Shown here piece after piece: positions 28,090 to 41,005 of a stretch of DNA of 64,000 nt. Below the pieces are notes generated by a model. It had not been told where the DNA came from and did no database searches. It was given only the letters and a program-made list of their open reading frames with translations. Each line of letters begins with the position of its first letter. Position 1 is the first letter of the stretch. The stretch comes from Vicugna vicugna (taxonomy: Eukaryota): the NCBI GenBank assembly GCA_013265495.1, contig MU058059.1:1773502-1837501 (forward strand), read 5' to 3'. The position numbers and the translations under genes are program-made.

Positions 28090-28800
28090 GAATGGCCAAT
28101 AATTAGGGAGTTAAATAGAAGGATTGGCACGTCTGAGTCCTTGTAACAAAACAGAGCATGGGGCTTTTGAGGAACCAAAAGTAGGCTGGTACTGCTAGAG
28201 GAGAGAGGGTGAGGAGAGCAGGGTACATGGCTGTGGCCAGAAAGGCCAGCAGGCTCATATCCTGTGGGCAGTGTCAGGGGTTTTTATTCTTAATCTTAAA
28301 AGCAAGGGAAGGTTGTGGCATTGTTTTCAAAATGGGTTTGTATTTGCATTTGGGAAGAATTAATTTAGTTACAATATGGGTAAATGGATTAGCAAGGGAA
28401 TCAAGAATGGGAAGGCCTGCAGGGAAGCTATTGCAGCAGTTCAGGTGAGAGATGGTGGTAACTTGGACCAGGGTCACAGCAGAGGAGATAAAGAAGGTGG
28501 GCATTTTCCAGAAATAATGAGATAATATCCAGAGAACTTGGGGGTGTGTTGGGTTTGATGTATAAAAGAGAGGGAGGTGTCCATCATGTCTCCTGGGTTA
28601 CTTGCTTGCCACATGGGATAGAGGGCGGGTTTCATGCCCTGGAATGTGGAACACTGAATTCAGAGGCCTGGGTTAGGAGTGAGTGTGGGCAGGTTTGGAC
28701 AGCTTGAGTTTGATGTACGATTGACAGAGCCAAGTAGGTATTGGGTCAGCAGTGGATAAGTGGGGCTGTGACATTCAAAGTTTCACATTTGGCAGCTGGA
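28090..28800. mobile_element. L2 fragment
   Basis: ggaagctattgcagcagttcaggtgagagatggtggtaacttggaccagggt. Confidence 0.7.
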
Positions 28801-30097
28801 GTAATGAACACAGGATCACACTGTTCATAATTCAGCAAGCAGGAATAGCACTGACCGCTCTGTCAGATGTTTCTTTCCTGTGGAAAAGACACACTGTAGA
28901 TGCAGTCTGAGTCCAGGGACTTTGCTCACCTGCACCTCTATCATGTGTTAGTTCTAACCATACCGCTTACTTCTTCCTCCCACTCTTTCATTACTGCTTA
29001 CGGAGTTGGAGAGAAAAAAAAATCCAAGTTTTAAACTTCAACATTAAACTATATTTGTAAATTTTGTCTTAAGCAAATGAAAATCTTATCTAAGGCTTAA
29101 GTAAAGGAATCCTTCCAAGTCATAACTGACTAATGTGAAAGGCTTGTTATTTTAGATTAGGGCCACTCAGCTAAGTTTACCTTTGCATTTTCTGTTAAAG
29201 GAACAGCTTATAAAGCAAATGAACAATAACAACAAGATAGCAAATAAAGAATTTGCCTAGCTCAGGAATTGGACCTTAAAAGCACAGGGAAGAGCTTTCT
29301 TCATGTACCAGTGATCAAGTGAGCAGAGCCCACTGCTCCTGGGCTGTTGATTTGACAGGTTATTTACAAATCCGTCTAATCTGCTCTCTTTTAGACAAAC
29401 TTTATTCAGATAATGCCTGTTTAGCACAGTTCCAAGAATGTGTGTATAGTGGATTTTCTGTTACAGGATGTTGTTACTCTGAATTCTTTATTATTTCTGC
29501 ACATTTAATTTACAGTAGCAATTGATTGTAATCATGGTGAACTTTGAGTGTTCTAACTGCCTTTTGAAAAAAAGGCAAGACTATCTAATATTCAGAATAA
29601 GGAGAGAAGAGATGAATGAATTTCTATTGAACACATCCTCTGTTCCAGATTTTTGCCATCTGTCATAAATCCATTGATAAACCAATCCTCTTAGCCACCT
29701 AATACTTTGCTTACTATTACTTCTATTTTGCCAAGAGGCACAAGACCTAGAGGTACTTAAAACTTTCCAAAGCCGTTCAGCTAGTTAAGTTGTGATTGGG
29801 ATTTGAACCTGCATTTGTGTGATTAAAAAATTCTTTTGTGTGCCATTAAAACACTTTTTTGTTGTGGTTTTTGTTTAAATATTCCTTTTTTAAAATCATT
29901 TTTTGAATTGGCTGTTCAGATAGGGATTATGTTTAACTCTCTGGTAAGGATAAGTACCTTACCAAATCTGCCAAATAACCTTACTCTGCTAGAAGATACT
30001 TTAAAATTTGACTTATTTAAAAAAATACAATACAGACTTTTCATTCATTCTTATAGACCTTTCCTATCATTACTGTGGAATAAAAGAAGGATCTTTT

Positions 30098-30570
30098 AAA
30101 AATTTTCTGAGGTAATTGGCATACAACATTTTGTTAGTTTCAGGTGTACAACATAATGATTTGATATCTGAGTACATTGTGAAACACTTAGCCAAAACAG
30201 GTGTAGTTAACATCCATCATCTTATATAGTTCAGAAAATTTTTTCTCAGAGTGAGAACTTTTAAGATCCTACTCTCCTAGCAACTTTCTGTTGTGCAATG
30301 GAGTATTACTAACTGTAGTCACCATACTGTATGTTACATCCCCCTGACGTACTGAAGACTGGAAGTTTGTGCCTTTCGATCCCTTTTACCCATTTTACCC
30401 AGTCCTAACCCCGTCTCTGGTAACCACCAATCTGTGCTCTGTATTATGAGCTCGGATTTTTGTTTGTTTGGTTTTTTAGATTCCACATATAATGGAATCA
30501 TATGTTTTTTCGTGCCTGTCTGTCTCTGTCTGACTTACTTCACTTGGCCTGATGTCCTTATGGTCCAGGA
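30098..30570 (-). mobile_element. L1MA-like 3' end just upstream of exon 3
   Basis: tagttttcaggtgtacaacataatgatttgata, ctctggtaaccaccaatctg, tttagattccacatat. Confidence 0.85.
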
Positions 30571-30687
30571 TGGTCTTAATATATTGTTTACTGATATTGC
30601 TTACTCACTGATGTGGACAGACTTACAGATCATACATGTCATCCAATCAAAATATTCTGACCTTATCTTGGTAATGTCACTTTACAG

Positions 30688-30905
30688 AAGGAGAGCTTGA
30701 AGCAGAGTGGTTGCAAGACGTGGGTTTGTCAGCCCTGATCTCAGGTGATGAAGAGGAGGACGGCAAAGCCTTGCTCTCTACGCTGACTCGAACCCAAGCG
30801 GCTGCAGTGAAGAAGAGATATAATACTTACACTCAGACCATGAGAAAAAAGAACAAGCACCCTGTCAGGGATGTCAGAGACATCTTTGGAGTCAGCGAGT
30901 CTCCT
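30688..30905 (+). CDS. ARHGAP28: ARHGAP28 exon 3
   Basis: Acceptor tttacag|AA, donor CCT|gtgagt; encodes (E)GELEAEWLQDVGLSALISGDEEEDGKALLSTLTRTQAAAVKKRYNTYTQTMRKKNKHPVRDVRDIFGVSESP. Confidence 0.96.
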
Positions 30906-31962
30906 GTGAGTCATGAACATGCCTCAGAAGGTTTCGTTTGATTGGAGGTGGGAGGGGAGCCTGGAAAAATGTCAGAAAAGGCTCGTCTAGCTGTAAGAGG
31001 AAACTAAAGCAGACAGCAAAGCACAAAATTTTACACATTTCATACTTAAGTGATTATTTCTTATTCTCCATACAGCAGTCTCCCTCCACACTAAATTTAT
31101 TCCCTTCTTTTGAGGCTGGAGGTTAACTTCTTTGGTAATGGAGCAGGTCTTTGTGGATGGGATACACAGAGCCTTTATGAAATTAACCACTGACTGGAAA
31201 CTGGGGACAGGCAAAGGAGTCCCAGAGAAATGGCCAAGTGCTATCAGCAAGTCTGGGTAGTTTGTTTTAAATGTGGCGAAGATGGGAGAGTGGTTAGGGT
31301 ACCCTTTACATTCAAATAAATTGAAATGGTAAAAAGTGAAAGATACAGCATTCATTAAGTGGGCCAGAGGATGATTCAAAAAACCAGAAGGGACACATTA
31401 CATGTTTTCTGAGAAGTGGCTGGTTGAAGTTTCCAGGGCACCCTTGGCAGTTCTGTGGCCACAGCGCTACTTCTGGGTTTGTGAGTCGTGTTCTGTTTCT
31501 GTGTTGGTTTTACTGCTCGCTCTGCCTTGCAGTTCATTTATTCATCCATTTATTGCATCATGACAATGCTGCATTGAGATAATCGCGTCATTGATGCAGC
31601 AAATACTTACTGGATGCATTATCTTCTTCTATCAGGTTCCATGCAGATAGGAGTTTTGGAACTTTGGGGTAATCAGTATGTAGGAAAAGAGGAACTTCAT
31701 ATTCTGCTGTAGCCACACATAGAGTTGCCTGGGGCAGGTTAGTTAATCACTTTGATTTAGGTTTCTCATCTGTTTAATTGTAGTAACAATAATGACATAA
31801 ATTAAAACTTTAAGGATAGCAAGCATGGTTGAAGTCAGTCTCCAATCTGAGTTACTTTAGCTTCTGTAAGTCATATCATCTCTGACATATATTAATCATA
31901 TGGGTTGATGCCAGGGCAGCTCACATACACAGAGTTACCCTTTGCATTTGTGTTAATAATGT

Positions 31963-32182
31963 CCTAGAATAGCATTATCCTTTAGAACTTTCTATATTGA
32001 TGGAAATGATCTATTTCTGTGCTGTCCAGTATGGTAGCCCCCAGTGACACGTGGCATTAGCACCTGATATGTAGCTATTATAAGTAAGGAACTGAAATTT
32101 TAATTGTATTTAATCTTAATCAATTTAAATCTAGGTTGTTACATGTAACTTGTAGCCAGGATATTGAACAACACAGTTCTAG
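31963..32182. mobile_element. MER3/MER33-like hAT-Charlie element
   Basis: ctagaatagcattatcc...tgtgctgtccagtatggtagccc...acgtggcattagcacc...gaacaacacagttctag. Confidence 0.7.
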
Positions 32183-33179
32183 TCTTCTGCTGTATATGAT
32201 ATACCTGCATTTTGAGTTCTGTGCTGTTTGAACTTTCTGTCTAGTTGAAACCTGTGTGTTCCTGGAAGGTGAGATTGTCTAGAACTGTAACTGAGGAAAG
32301 GTGATGCCCTTAACTTGAGGCCAGGGCTCCAGCCGCATGAGTCCTGGACAAGATGCCAAAAAAAAAAAAAGGGTTTACCTGCTGGTTTAAATTCCCCGGG
32401 TCATTTTTCAGTTATCTCCCAGGTCATCCTGAGAGAGTCTAAGAACTTGGCCTACATGCATCCTTTCCCATTTCTATTTCCAGCTACTTCAGACTTAGAT
32501 TTTTCCACTCCCCCAGCAAACTGCAAAATAGGGAAGGGTCTGTAGCTTCTCCTGAATCCTCCAGTTACTCAAGAAAATGCACAGCTAGCCGTTCTAGGTT
32601 TCTTAAAACTTGGAACTTCAGTCACATCAGAACAGTGCTCCTCCCTCTTTTCTCACTGAGACCTTGAAGGGAAACATAATGTGGGCACTTGCTCACCGGG
32701 GCTTCAGTGTGAAAGGAAATGAGGCGTCTTTGACTTTTCCACAACATGCAAGCACAAGAAGCTGCTCAGAGTTTAGCTCCCGCAAAGGCAGGGAGAGGGC
32801 CGCATGCGTGGTGGGCAAGGGGTGGCCCCGGGGCCCTTCCTCTCATCCGCCTTCCTCTTCTCCCCTCCCAGGCTTGCTCCTGAAGCCCCAGATCTAAAGA
32901 GGATGGGGAATGAGGCAGGGGAAGGAGGACCATATATTCCAAAGAGGAGAAGTTTTGTGCTATCCTGAAAAATGGGGCATCTGGAAGTCAGTGAAAGTCT
33001 GGCATTGTGTTATGCTGCTTAAAAATTCAGATTGTTCGTTGTCAAAAATGTAAAAAGCCATACAAAGCTAGCCTTTTAAAAATATGGTATATTTACAGTA
33101 TGTAAGACCTAATTAACATCTCCACAGATTTTTTTTTTCCTGAAAAATTCAGCATCTGTGTGTGCAAGTAAATAGACTT

Positions 33180-34510
33180 AGAAGTTCTTGGAACTGTATC
33201 TAAACTTTTAGCTTTCCTGTTTGAATCTGACAGCATGAATACCGATTCCTCCCTCCGGCCTTCTCTTCCTCCGAGTATTTGTAGCTCCTGATCAGTCTCT
33301 CTGAGTGTGTGTGCCTGTCTTCCCTCCTCCGCCTCCTCCTTCCTTGTATCTCTTCCTAAGTATCTCTTAAATGTTCTGTTGTATTTTCCAGGCTTTCAGT
33401 GTTCTGCATACCTGGCTATTTCTTCAGCTTTATCTTTTATATCATTTATTTGGCCTTGGTTGGTATTAACACTTTTGCCTTTCATTAATTTTCAAAACTT
33501 TAACAGTCATCTTATTTCCTGAAGCTTCTCCTTTCCCTTGATTTTTCCTTTATTTTGTGATCTGTTCTTGTTTCTTGGCTGCTGAAGCCTCTCAGAAGTC
33601 TGAAGTTACTAAATTAAACCTTAAATTCCAAGGCTCTCTTTTTCCCTCGAATTATCTCTTTCCTTCAAGGTCATCTGTTTAATTTTGGCTTCATTACATT
33701 GCTTTTGTTCAGCTGGTGTTGATCCTTGGATATTGATTCATATTCAGTGAGGAGAATTAGATTGATGGATTGATGGATTTGTACAGGTAGTCGTCATATA
33801 TCCTGTGCAGTTGTGCAGACCCATTTTCTCCCAAAAACTCTCCCCCGAAAATAGGAGTCTACGTGAGTGGTGAAGTGTGTCAGTGTCAACTGTCGCACTT
33901 CACTTTAAGACATATAAAAACAACATCAATGCCAAAGTAACAAGGGTCCTGCAGAATCGTAATTTTTTTCCTTTTCAGGCAAGCCTAGCTTCCCTTTTTA
34001 TATTCCTGTCTGTATCCTTTTAAAAAGCCCCAGTAAAGCGCAATTCAGTGTTCTTTCTGTCCAGGACCACCACACCCACGCTAGGACAGCCACTACCACT
34101 CCCAAGGCAGGTGGTCACTCTGTCACCAAGGGGACACTTGGGTTTTATCCTGGAATTACATTTAGCTGCTGCCTGCTGGTCTTCTGAACAGCTGGTGTCT
34201 TCTGAGTCAGGCAGTGCCTTTCTGTTCTTTTTATTTTCATTCTGGTTATGTGCTATTTCCAGATCAGTATTTACCTTCTACACATTTTTTCTCTTGTACC
34301 TACCTTTTTTAGGCTGAGGTTTTCCTCTACCCTTATCAAACCGTTCTTGCTTGCTTTTTATCTTCCAGGAACATCCGACAGTTTCTGTTCTGCTAATGGA
34401 AATGTCTAGTGGTTGCTAGGTCTACTTTTTGTAGAAGTTTTTCTCTCCCTTTTTGAGTGATTTGCAGGGGGAGGAGAAAGTGATACCTGCATTGTGCTGT
34501 GCTGATCCAG
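33180..34510 (-). mobile_element. Highly decayed L1ME-like 5' region
   Basis: T-rich antisense L1-like text; homologous to 38080-39720 (aattatctcttt...gatccttgg). Confidence 0.45.
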
Positions 34511-35029
34511 TTTCCTTATGCTAATTCTTCAGTAGTATTTGTTCCTTCCAAAAAATGTGTTTTTTTCCTTACTGTGAAAATAATACGTAAGCTTTACTGG
34601 AAACTTAGAAAATATGGACAAGCAAGGCAAAGAGTGAGTATTTCTATGGGCCCAAATACAATTTTATGATTTAATTAAGTATCCAGTAAATACAATTTTC
34701 AGTGTTCTAACCATGAAGGAACAGAATATTTCATCCTTGTTCTAGTAGAGCTATTAGACACTACAACACATATGTTAAATCAGACTCTGGATACATAGTA
34801 CATGGTCTGCAGTCCATCTCATTGTGAGCAGAAGTCCAGTGCCCAGACACATTTTTTTCTAATATTCAGAAGATGTATCAGTTATTCCTTTCAGTAACAC
34901 ATTTAATTAAGCAAAATAGTCAATCTAATCTATTTTCAACTTCATAATTGATAGATAGTTAAAGTTAGGACTAACTCCTAATTGACTATATAAATAAAGG
35001 TGTGCAATCATTTTAAAAAGTATTATTAT

Positions 35030-35505
35030 ATCACCTGTATATACATTTGACTGCATGTCACAGAAAACCCAAGAAATCATGAGTTATACAAAGATTTGTT
35101 TTTCTCTCTTTAAGAGGGAACTGAGGGTAGGTGTTCCTGTGTTTTAGCCCAGATCCAGCTTCCTTCTGTCTTTCTATTTTGTCTTTTACATGTGGCCATC
35201 ATTCTTTTGCTTCCCAAGGTGGCTGGGCCACTCCTGCCACCATGTCCATGTTCCTGGCTGTTCCCGGGACTTCTACCAACTGACTCCATCTCTCTGACTT
35301 TGGTTTCCCAGAATCCTTCCTTGGTACAATTCCAGTTACCTCTCATTGCCCAGAAATGTTACATGATCATCTTAGCTGCAAGAGAGCCTGAGAAGTTGAT
35401 TTTTTTTTTTTTGCACAAAGTTTTCTAGAAAAAACAAAAAATCAGGTCTTTTTAAGGAAGACAGACAACTGGGTTTTGGGTGGGCATTTGACAGTGTCTT
35501 CCACA
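35030..35505. mobile_element. Old MLT1-like LTR, copy in duplication unit A
   Basis: tttgactgcatgtcacagaaaaccc...cccaaggtggctg...tctcattgcccagaaatgttacatgatcatcttagctgcaagagagcctgag...cagtgtcttccaca. Confidence 0.65.
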
Positions 35506-35722
35506 GAGACCAGGGTTTATCCTGGTGCCTGGCATGCAGTGGGCGCGCAGTATTGACTTGAGACGGCCAGACGCAGTGACCGGCGCCCGGGCAGTCATGT
35601 CTGTGGCCATGTCAACAGAGCCGTGTGAGTGCACATCTCATGTGCCTGACACGTGACTGACTGCACAGTTACCCTTGGGAGGATACACCTGGATAAAAGT
35701 GCACTTTCATTTTTCTCAATAG

Positions 35723-35814
35723 CCAGGTGACTCTTGTTGTATCCCAGCTCCTCTTATGGACGTGACCCTGGGTGAAGAAGGGATCTCAGCAGTTCCCTGA
35801 GAAATGGTCAACTG
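35723..35814 (+). pseudogene. Pseudoexon paralogous to ARHGAP28 exons 4/5 (92 nt, frameshifted, splice sites intact)
   Basis: actttcatttttctcaatag|CCAGGTGAC...CTG|gtgaga; translates PGDSCCIPAPLMDVTLGEEGISAVP*, 10 of 25 residues identical to exon 5 without gaps; upstream flank is homologous to those of exons 4 and 5. Confidence 0.85.
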
Positions 35815-38800
35815 GTGAGATAATGCAAGGGGACACAAGAGCTTGGAGGTTAGGAAAAGGAGCTATTTCAGGGCAGCCAGGAAAATTTGAGGGGAAAAAA
35901 AAGCCTACTTACCTTATAATAATGAAGAAAAAAAAGACTCACTCAGGAATGAATAATTAAATAGTTAAATCCACAAATAACTATGTGGCCTACCTGTAAC
36001 TGCAGAACAAAAACAAGCAGAGCTGCAACCACAGCCGTGGCCAGAAGTCGGAACGTGGCACCAGTGCTCAGCTAGACTCTTGTCCCCTCTGCTGAGCACA
36101 TGATGGAAAATCTTACGCTACCATACATGTGTCTTTCAATATTAATTGAATTCCCACCATAAGAAATGTTTTGACATTTCAGTTGTTTTCTAAATGTAAA
36201 TATCTTGTGAGGAGCAGCAATGTAGCATCTTAAACATATAACAAGTGGGAAAAAGTGCACTGTCTTGCCAGGAGATATAAACACATTTCATTAAAGCCCA
36301 CGTTGTCCATTTTAGTACAGAATTTCAGAGAGTGCTGATCTGAGTTCAGAAATGCTAGTGAAGCTGTCTCAGTGAAAGAGGTGAATCCCACACTGATATG
36401 TACCTCTTGGCATGAAGCCAGGGTCCTCTTACTGAAGGTGCACCCTGAGTAGGAGACACAGAAGGACCTGGATTTACTGGCATCTGCCTCCACTTGGAGT
36501 CATGGCAACAGAAAATTTACAGTGAGAGACTTTCCTCTGTTATGTTTCTATGTGTGTCCTTCTCTTTAGTTCTTTATTTTTTGTCCTAGCAGAGGAAGAG
36601 GGATTTTTTTGTTGTTCTAAGAGTAACCCCTGTACCATTCTCGATCTAATGAAGATGAAGAGGAGGAGGAGGATGTTTAGATTCTATACAATTTCCTTTC
36701 TTCTTACATGTACTTTGTATGAGGCACTGTATCTGCATCTTACGATTGTCTTGATGCAGGCTAGCCCTTGGTCCCTTCCAAAATTCTGCTCAAGGGTTTG
36801 GATGTGGCGAGTTTGTGTTCTGGCCCCTCTTCTTCTGTTGCCTGAGGGTAGGTCAAGTTCTGGAGGTGAGGCTGTGAGCAATCCTGTTTTTGCCGATTTT
36901 GTCTCTGATTTCATTATATTTCTCATAAGAGTGTGAACTCCATCTTCACGTTTTCTTTTGAGTTGGCAGTAGGTGCCCTCAGGTTTTAGATTGTTCCCTC
37001 AGTGCAGGGAGTCTTCCATACCTTACTTCCAACCAGGACACTTAATCCGAGGTATTTGTTCCTCTGCCTGCCCCATGCCCTTTCACAGCAGCCCCTGCCT
37101 CTCCTCTAGGAGTAGACACGGGGTGTTTTCAAATGACAGGTGTCTATGAGCTTTTTACCCCCTCTGCCTTTACCTTCTGTTTTGATTGTCTGCTCCTCAC
37201 CCAAGGGTTGTAGGGTTGGCTCAACTCAGGACCCCTGACACTGGAGAGATGTGACAACAGTAGGTTATCTGCCACGTATTCTCATAGCCCAGTGGGGAGG
37301 ACACAAACACCACACAGAATCACACCTGGGGTGCACTTGGGAACAGAGTGAACAACCAGGGGTTACGAGAGCCAGGCTGTCTAGTATCAAGAGGGTGGGG
37401 TGCCCCCTGGTTCCCAGGGGAGGACGGGATTGGCTTGTTTGAATAATTCCAGGGGTGGACAGGGAACTGAAACCCACTGCTCAGGGATAAGCAGGAACTG
37501 CGTGTGTCTGGTCCCCTGAATAAGGTGGTTGTCTGGCTAGGGGCCTTAACTGGGGCAGGGTGAGCAGAGTGGGAGGGTACCTTGGGCTTAGATCACTTAC
37601 GGCCCTCTTTACCAGATGTCAAGGCAGCACATATGAGGGAGCCTTGTTTTAGATTGTGTTCCTCACCAACACTCACACCCAGCCTTGGGCTCCCATGGTG
37701 AGTCTAGGCTGGTTCTGTTTCTTTTCTCTTTTATCGCTATCTCTTTCATTAGTTTTTTTGAAGGTTTTGTCATCTTTTAAAAGTTAAAGGCAAGAGTGGT
37801 GCCAAACACGTGAGGAAATCTCCCACTGAGGTGGAAGAGAACAATTAGGTTTTTTTCCAGCCACACCCCTGAGCTACTCACCAGCTTGTAGAATGAGAAA
37901 GTAGTACTGTTCTTTATCAGCAGAGGAGGAGGAGGGCTAGCATAACAGAATGACCACAGGAATAGTAAAAATGTTAATGTGCGTAATCACGTCTGTTACA
38001 AAATGTCACATCTTCTTAGCAGATTGCATCTTTTATCCTTTGAGCAAATCTGGCAAGAAGTCTCTCTGGATACTAAATTTTCATATCCAAAAAGCTAAAT
38101 CCTAAACTGGTGAGTATCAAAATGCTAGGCCCTTAATCATTTTCTTTCAGAAATTTGTAAATAATCTGTTTACTTTTCCACATAATGTTAATGTTGAGAA
38201 ATCTGATACCTCTCTAAATCATTCCTTTATTCATATCCTGTTTTCATTTTTATATTTCTGGAAGCTTTTCAGGTTTATCTTTGTTGTTTGAGACCTAACC
38301 TGTCATCAGGATATGAAATCTTTTTTTTTATTATCATGATCAGTACTTAGCTTTTTGTTTCTAAAAAATGTTCCATTCCTTTCAGTTCTGAACATTTTTT
38401 CCTACTTTTATTTTATTGTAATCTCCATTTTCTCTATTCTAATTGCTTGCATTAAACTCACATATCTCTTCAAGTCACTTATATTTTCCATGCTCTTTTT
38501 CCTGTTTGTTCTGTATGCTAGCAGATTTTTGTCTGCATCATTTTGTAGAAAACTAATTCTGATTTTTGTCATGGGTGGCTGTAATCGGGTCCCTATTGAT
38601 TTTTAAAGTCAGCAATTATACTGTTAAGTCATAAGAACTACTCATTTTTTCACTGATTTCCCTTTAATGTTGTAGTTAGTCCTGATTTATGGTTGCAGTC
38701 GTCTCTCAAATCTAAAATTATTAAATCATTATAAGCCTTTTTCTCTTCCCCTAATTATCTCTTTCTCCCAGAATGTTTATCACCATACTTCTTTTTCAAA

Positions 38801-40259
38801 ATGTTGGTTTTGTCCATGGCTGACTTTTTTATGATGTTGACTTTCTCCAATGGCTGATCCTTGGTGATGGATTTATGTTTATTAATGGGGTGGATTGACT
38901 AATTAGTGACTTCTAGGATATGTCACTGCTGTATGATTTCTCTGCCGTTATATAGATATTTTCCCAAAGGACTCCTTATTGCGTAAGAGGGCTGACTTTG
39001 GGCCCTGTGTGAGTCCGCAAGATGTGTGAACAGTCTGTGAGTGGACATTATTTTAGTAGCACATACGGGTGAGTACATGGGTGTGTGTGTGTAGGCACAT
39101 GTATCCACACACAAATACACACAAGCACACCCCTTCAGTACCAAAGGGAGAGTGGCGAATGACATCATTCCCAGACAAAGCTGATGTTTTTCCCTTTTAT
39201 TCTCCTATCCACGTCTGTCATGAAGGTCCAGAGTGACCTGATGTTGAGGTCTCTTTTGATCCCAACTCTGGACATCTTCCCAAGGCAGGTAGTTTGCTTC
39301 ATTCAAAGTACTTTTCTTGGGTCCGTAATGGCTCCTGCCTGCTGTTCAGTGTAAAGGGAACTGCTGGGAGGTCTGTTGGGCCCCTCCATTGAGCAAGCAC
39401 CTTACAGTAAATTATCCTGACCATTGCTTGGGGCCCCTGCCTGTCCTTTGTAACTTTCTCTCTAAGCTTGGTTGTTTGTTTGCTTTTTGTGGATTTGTAC
39501 TTTCTTTGCCAGCAGTGTTGTCTAATGCTGTTCTGAGACTGAGAGTTTCTCTGCAACTATGAAATAAATTATTTACTTATAATTTTCCAGGAATTTCTAA
39601 CAATTTTTCATCTGTTAGTAGAACATTGCTCGTTTCTAGTGCCCTTCAGAGCTGTTCTTATAAAAATACGCCCTTTGTTTGCTTCTGAGTGGTAGGGAGT
39701 GGTACGCTGTCTGTCCTCCAGGAAAACTTAAGTTTTCTTGTACTGCCTCTTAAGCATTGTTTCCACTTCCAAATAGATGTGTTTTTCATATTAATGTAAT
39801 AATACACATTGGGGGAGAGTTAGAAAATTTGAAAAAGCAAGATGGAAAATAACAGTTTCTAAGGTCTCATGTAGAAGTTTATTTCATTAATACCGTGTGT
39901 GTTTAATTTTGCAAAAGGAGCTTTAATCATAGGAGAGAATATTTGCATATTATTTGGGGCAATGCCATTGTATGACAAAAGCTGCTCAAAATCTTAGCGC
40001 ATATGCACAAGGCCTACAGTACGGTACATCACAGTCAGAATAGTCTCCAAGTACACTTGCTGCATAATGGAAATCAGAGCTTTTCCAGTATTCTGGAATA
40101 CTTGATTCTATGGAATATTTGATTCTATCACATGTGTTTGTAAGACAACAATCTAATGAATTTCCAGTTTCATAATTGAAAAAAAACCTGACTACTCTTG
40201 CCTTTTATTTATAAATCATTGCAAAATACAGTCATAAAGTCAGATTTTGTAGTAGCATA

Positions 40260-40695
40260 ATTCTGTCAGTAAGCTGCATGATTTAGACAATTAGATGTTT
40301 ATTTCCCTTACAAAATAGGAAGTCTGAGTTTGGTATGACTGCTGTCCCCAGCATGGATCTACCTACTTTTTTGTCTTTCTCTTCTGCTCCACTTAGCATA
40401 CCGGCTAATGATTAATGCTTGTAGGATGTCCTGATATCACAGGTACCCTGTCCATGTATTGAAATAAGCATTGCCAGCTGATTCCATCCACTTCAACAAG
40501 AAAAATTAGCCCTCCTGGATGCTCTACCAAGTAGGATTCCACTCTTATCTATTGGACATAAGCATCACATGATCATACTTAGTCCTTTTAGATGGATGCA
40601 CAGCATCTGTCTAAAATCAGGTAAAATCAGGATATTCACATGTTAAGGGAGAAACAAAAAGTGGGTTTTGGCAGGCAGGTGGCCTTGTCTGCTTT
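40260..40695. mobile_element. Old MLT1-like LTR, copy in duplication unit B
   Basis: tctattggacataagcatcacatgatcatacttag...aaaatcaggatatt...gggttttggcaggcag. Confidence 0.55.
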
Positions 40696-40912
40696 TGAGA
40701 CCCATTTGTATTACAGTGCATGACGCTCATGAGGATCAACATTCTTATGGACTAATTGGTGAAAACTGTTAGCATTGCATTATAGTCATGAACTCTGTGT
40801 ATCTCCACATGGCTGCACATTTATACAGATTCTAGTGAAATGTGTAATTGAATAGACAGTCACATTGGGAAAGATATGCCTGGATAAAAACGACTTTCAT
40901 TTCTTTCCGTAG

Positions 40913-41005
40913 CCAGGTGATACCTGTGACAGCCATCCTAGTCAGTCGGATGACACCCGTGAGGAAAAAGAGCTGCCGGGAATTATCAAAACAGGTGGTT
41001 CCTTG
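40913..41005 (+). CDS. ARHGAP28: ARHGAP28 exon 4 (93 nt, phase 0-0)
   Basis: Acceptor ttctttccgtag|CCA, donor TTG|gtaagt; encodes PGDTCDSHPSQSDDTREEKELPGIIKTGGSL; absent from the ORF track and found by manual reading. Confidence 0.9.
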
